DNA from: a virus
Taxonomy: Duplodnaviria > Caudoviricetes
Strand: one strand, 5' to 3'
Virus record (IMG/VR): IMGVR_UViG_3300017774_004999
Location: 1-29,622 of that record
Length of the DNA: 29,622 nt
Shown: one piece after another, positions 27,242-29,622 of the stretch
Numbering within the stretch: position 1 is the stretch's first letter
How the letters are laid out: each line of letters starts with the position of its first letter
Notes under the pieces: generated by a model
Seen by the model: the letters and a program-made list of their open reading frames with translations, nothing else
What the model was told of the DNA's origin: nothing
Databases searched by the model: none
Program-made: the position numbers and the translations under genes

Positions 27242-28243
27242 ATGTTTGAATATTTTTATCACGAGATATTAAGGAATACAATTGTAGCATTTGGATCTCT
27301 TTTCAATGATATCTCAATTAAACATACAAATGATTCAGATAACGTAACCAGTGTTATCAAAGTTCCTTTAGCATATGGACCAACTCAAAAGTTCTTGGCA
27401 AGGATGGAGCAGGCTCCAAATCTGAATAAACCTGTTCAAATTACATTGCCAAGAATGTCTTTTGAGTTTACTGCATTAAATTATGATACATCAAGAAAAG
27501 TTACAGCAACACAAACTTTTCTTTCTGGATTAGCGTCGGATAAAACTGCTCCAAGAAAATCATATATGCCAGTTCCATATAATATGCAATTTGAACTGAC
27601 AATATATACGAAATTAAATGATGATATGTTGCAAATCGTAGAACAAATTTTACCATATTTTCAACCCGCATATACATTATCTGTAGATTTAATAAAAACT
27701 ATTGGAGAAAAAAGAGATATTCCTGTTGTTTTTGAAGGAATTTCGATGAGAGATGATTATGAGGGCGACTTTGATACTCGTAGATCATTAATTTATACTC
27801 TAAGATTTACTGCAAAAACATATTTGTTTGGTGCTATTGCAGATGTATCAAAGGATATTATCAAAAAAGTTTCAATTGGTTATATTGGAGGAGATCAAAC
27901 ATCAAATCCATCAAGAGATCTTTCATATACAATAGAACCTCGAGCTACTAAGAATTATACTGGAACAGTTACTACAAATCTTTCTAAAGATATTGATGAT
28001 TTAAATACTACGATTTATATTGATGTTGTAGACTCAACATCTATTTCTACAGAAACTTATATTACAGTTGATAATGAAGAAATGTATGTAGAATCTAAAA
28101 CTGGCAATACTCTCAAGGTAACTCGTGGATCGGATAATACTGTTATTGCACCCCACGTAAATGGATCTGCAGTCAAAACAATAACATCTAGCGATAATAA
28201 TCTGATACAAATTGGTGATGATTTTGGATTTGGTGGATCATGA
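27242..28243 (+). CDS. gp15: Tail sheath stabiliser / tail completion protein, T4 gp15-like
   Basis: YFYHEILRNTIVAFGSLFNDI, KVPLAYGPTQKFLAR, LPRMSFE and QIVEQILPYFQP. Confidence 0.95.
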   Translation: MFEYFYHEILRNTIVAFGSLFNDISIKHTNDSDNVTSVIKVPLAYGPTQKFLARMEQAPNLNKPVQITLPRMSFEFTALNYDTSRKVTATQTFLSGLASDKTAPRKSYMPVPYNMQFELTIYTKLNDDMLQIVEQILPYFQPAYTLSVDLIKTIGEKRDIPVVFEGISMRDDYEGDFDTRRSLIYTLRFTAKTYLFGAIADVSKDIIKKVSIGYIGGDQTSNPSRDLSYTIEPRATKNYTGTVTTNLSKDIDDLNTTIYIDVVDSTSISTETYITVDNEEMYVESKTGNTLKVTRGSDNTVIAPHVNGSAVKTITSSDNNLIQIGDDFGFGGS

Positions 28244-28671
28244 AGATGACAAAGAAATTTGACAAACTGAATGAAACGTTTGATGTTTCTGGAGATATTG
28301 TCACAACAAATACTGAAGTAGTTGAATCTAAAATTGAGGGTATAGCATCTTCGGTAGAAGATATTCGTAAAGATTATGAATATACAAGAGGAAATCTATA
28401 TTCAATAATTGAAAAGGGACAAGAGGCAATTAATGGAATATTAGAATTAGCTCAAGAGAGTGAAATGCCAAGAGCATATGAAGTTGCTGGACAATTAATT
28501 AAAAATGTTTCTGATGCTACTGATAAGTTAATGGATCTTCAAAAAAAACTTAAAGATATTGAGGAAACAAAACATGTTCGTGGTCCGATGAATGTTACTA
28601 ATGCATTATTTGTTGGATCTACTGCAGAACTTTCAAAACTTTTGAAAAATGAACTATTAGATAATAAATAA
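28240..28671 (+). CDS. gp16: Terminase small subunit, T4 gp16-like
   Basis: DYEYTRGNLYSIIEKGQEAINGILELAQESEMPRAYEVAGQLIK and NALFVGSTAELSKLLK; ATGA overlap with gp15. Confidence 0.93.
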   Translation: MKMTKKFDKLNETFDVSGDIVTTNTEVVESKIEGIASSVEDIRKDYEYTRGNLYSIIEKGQEAINGILELAQESEMPRAYEVAGQLIKNVSDATDKLMDLQKKLKDIEETKHVRGPMNVTNALFVGSTAELSKLLKNELLDNK

Positions 28672-28683
28672 AATAAATAAATA
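28663..28683 (+). promoter_or_regulatory. Cluster of late-promoter boxes (AATAAATA x3)
   Basis: TAAATA at 28665-28670, 28674-28679 and 28678-28683, about 20 nt upstream of ATG 28704. Confidence 0.65.
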
Positions 28684-28703
28684 GATTCAGATAGTGAAGA
28701 AAA

Positions 28704-29039
28704 ATGGCAGCAGTACCTGCAGTTAATGTAAATATTGACAGTGGAACTAATTTTGAAGCCACATTTTCTATAACTTCAGAAACTGGATCTGTAATTGATT
28801 TAACTGGTTATACTGGAGTATCAAAAATTAGGAAATATCCAACTTCACCATCCTCTAAAAATTTTGTGGTTGGTATAACCTCAACATTAGGAAAAATTAC
28901 AATATCGATGGCTTCTACAATCACTTCAGAATTGGTAGAAGGAAGAAATTATTATGATATTGTCATTACATCTTCAAACAACGTTGTGTCAAAGGTTATA
29001 GAGGGAATGGCACTCATTAATTCAACGGTATCAGAATAA
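28704..29039 (+). CDS. Small beta-sandwich virion structural protein, possible fibre adaptor (111 aa)
   Basis: IDSGTNFEATF..IDLTGYT..SKIRK..GKITISM..GRNYYDIVIT..KVIEG resembles BppU-N-like adaptor domains; coupled to the collagen ORF by a TAATG overlap. Confidence 0.7.
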   Translation: MAAVPAVNVNIDSGTNFEATFSITSETGSVIDLTGYTGVSKIRKYPTSPSSKNFVVGITSTLGKITISMASTITSELVEGRNYYDIVITSSNNVVSKVIEGMALINSTVSE

Positions 29040-29622
29040 TGGCAGGTCCCCTTTCAGGTCAATATAGAGTATCAATTTCTTCTGGAGGTCTTCAAGGAAC
29101 TCAGGGAGCTACAGGATCTCAAGGTGTTGCTGGATTTGTTGGCTCCAATGGTGCTCAAGGAGCTCAAGGATTAAGTGGAACTGCTGTAGCTCAGGGAGCT
29201 ACAGGTTCTCAAGGCATTACTGGTACTCAAGGCACCACAGGAACCCAAGGTATTACTGGTTCTCAAGGTACATTGGGAACTCAAGGTACTACAGGTTCTC
29301 AAGGCATTACAGGTTCTCAAGGTACATTAGGAACTCAAGGTATTACTGGTTCTCAAGGTACATTGGGAACTCAAGGTATTACAGGTTCTCAAGGAACTAT
29401 AGGATCTCAAGGCATTACTGGTTCTCAAGGTACATTGGGAACTCAAGGTACTACAGGATCTCAAGGTACTACAGGTTCTCAAGGCATTACTGGTTCTCAA
29501 GGAACATTGGGAACTCAAGGTACTACAGGTTCTCAAGGCATTACTGGTTCTCAAGGTACATTGGGAACTCAAGGTACTACAGGTTCTCAAGGAACTATAG
29601 GATCTCAAGGCATTACTGGTTC
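29039..29622 (+). CDS. Collagen-like (Gly-X-Y)n fibre protein, 5' part, truncated by the window end
   Basis: ATG29039 gives MAGPLSGQYRVSISSG, 11 GXY triplets, one VAQ interruption, then about 47 uninterrupted triplets (GSQ GIT GSQ GTL GTQ GTT...). No stop before the window end, so it is absent from the ORF track. Confidence 0.92.
   Translation, partial: MAGPLSGQYRVSISSGGLQGTQGATGSQGVAGFVGSNGAQGAQGLSGTAVAQGATGSQGITGTQGTTGTQGITGSQGTLGTQGTTGSQGITGSQGTLGTQGITGSQGTLGTQGITGSQGTIGSQGITGSQGTLGTQGTTGSQGTTGSQGITGSQGTLGTQGTTGSQGITGSQGTLGTQGTTGSQGTIGSQGITG
29195..29622 (+). repeat. 18-nt tandem repeat with 54-nt higher-order units, coding for the collagen
   Basis: The CTCAAGG core recurs every 18 nt; units 29474-29527 and 29528-29581 differ at a single base. 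Confidence 0.9.

Noticed and set aside
2160-28671. Introns, inteins, homing endonucleases, frameshifts or stop-codon recoding in the structural genes
   Set aside because: Genes are continuous and abut with minimal gaps under the standard code. I saw no intein splice or LAGLIDADG/HNH/GIY-YIG motifs; extra length is explained by repeat modules.
28240-28671. pac site within gp16
   Set aside because: Plausible by analogy with T4, but no sequence feature here supports a location.
29327-29608. 93-aa minus-strand repetitive ORF
   Set aside because: Reverse-strand shadow of the collagen 18-nt repeat.
29195-29622. Repeat array as a possible CRISPR
   Set aside because: No unique spacers; the 18-nt period encodes in-frame Gly-X-Y; no cas genes in the window.

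Overview
AT-rich, all plus-strand segment of a T4-like myovirus genome. Gene order, giant wedge proteins and TAAATA late promoters fit a cyanomyovirus, but the host is an inference because no host-specific gene is present. The first ~2.1 kb holds tiny ORFs, an unusual GC-rich non-coding block (hairpins, three 16-nt-periodic repeats, a G10 tract) and a discrete sigma70-promoter-to-terminator unit encoding a GT-A-fold glycosyltransferase. The virion module follows: gp25, gp6, a 3682-aa gp7-like wedge protein, gp8, a 2492-aa DUF4815/VrlC-like protein, two small ORFs (one possibly NblA-like), gp13, gp14, gp15, small terminase gp16, a 111-aa structural protein and a proline-free collagen-like ORF, missed by the ORF track, that runs off the window end. 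The main hypothesis is a virion protein O-glycosylation system: the glycosyltransferase plus an over-represented G-[ILV]-[GSAT]-[ST] motif in the structural proteins. All family assignments come from motif recognition and synteny; no searches were run.
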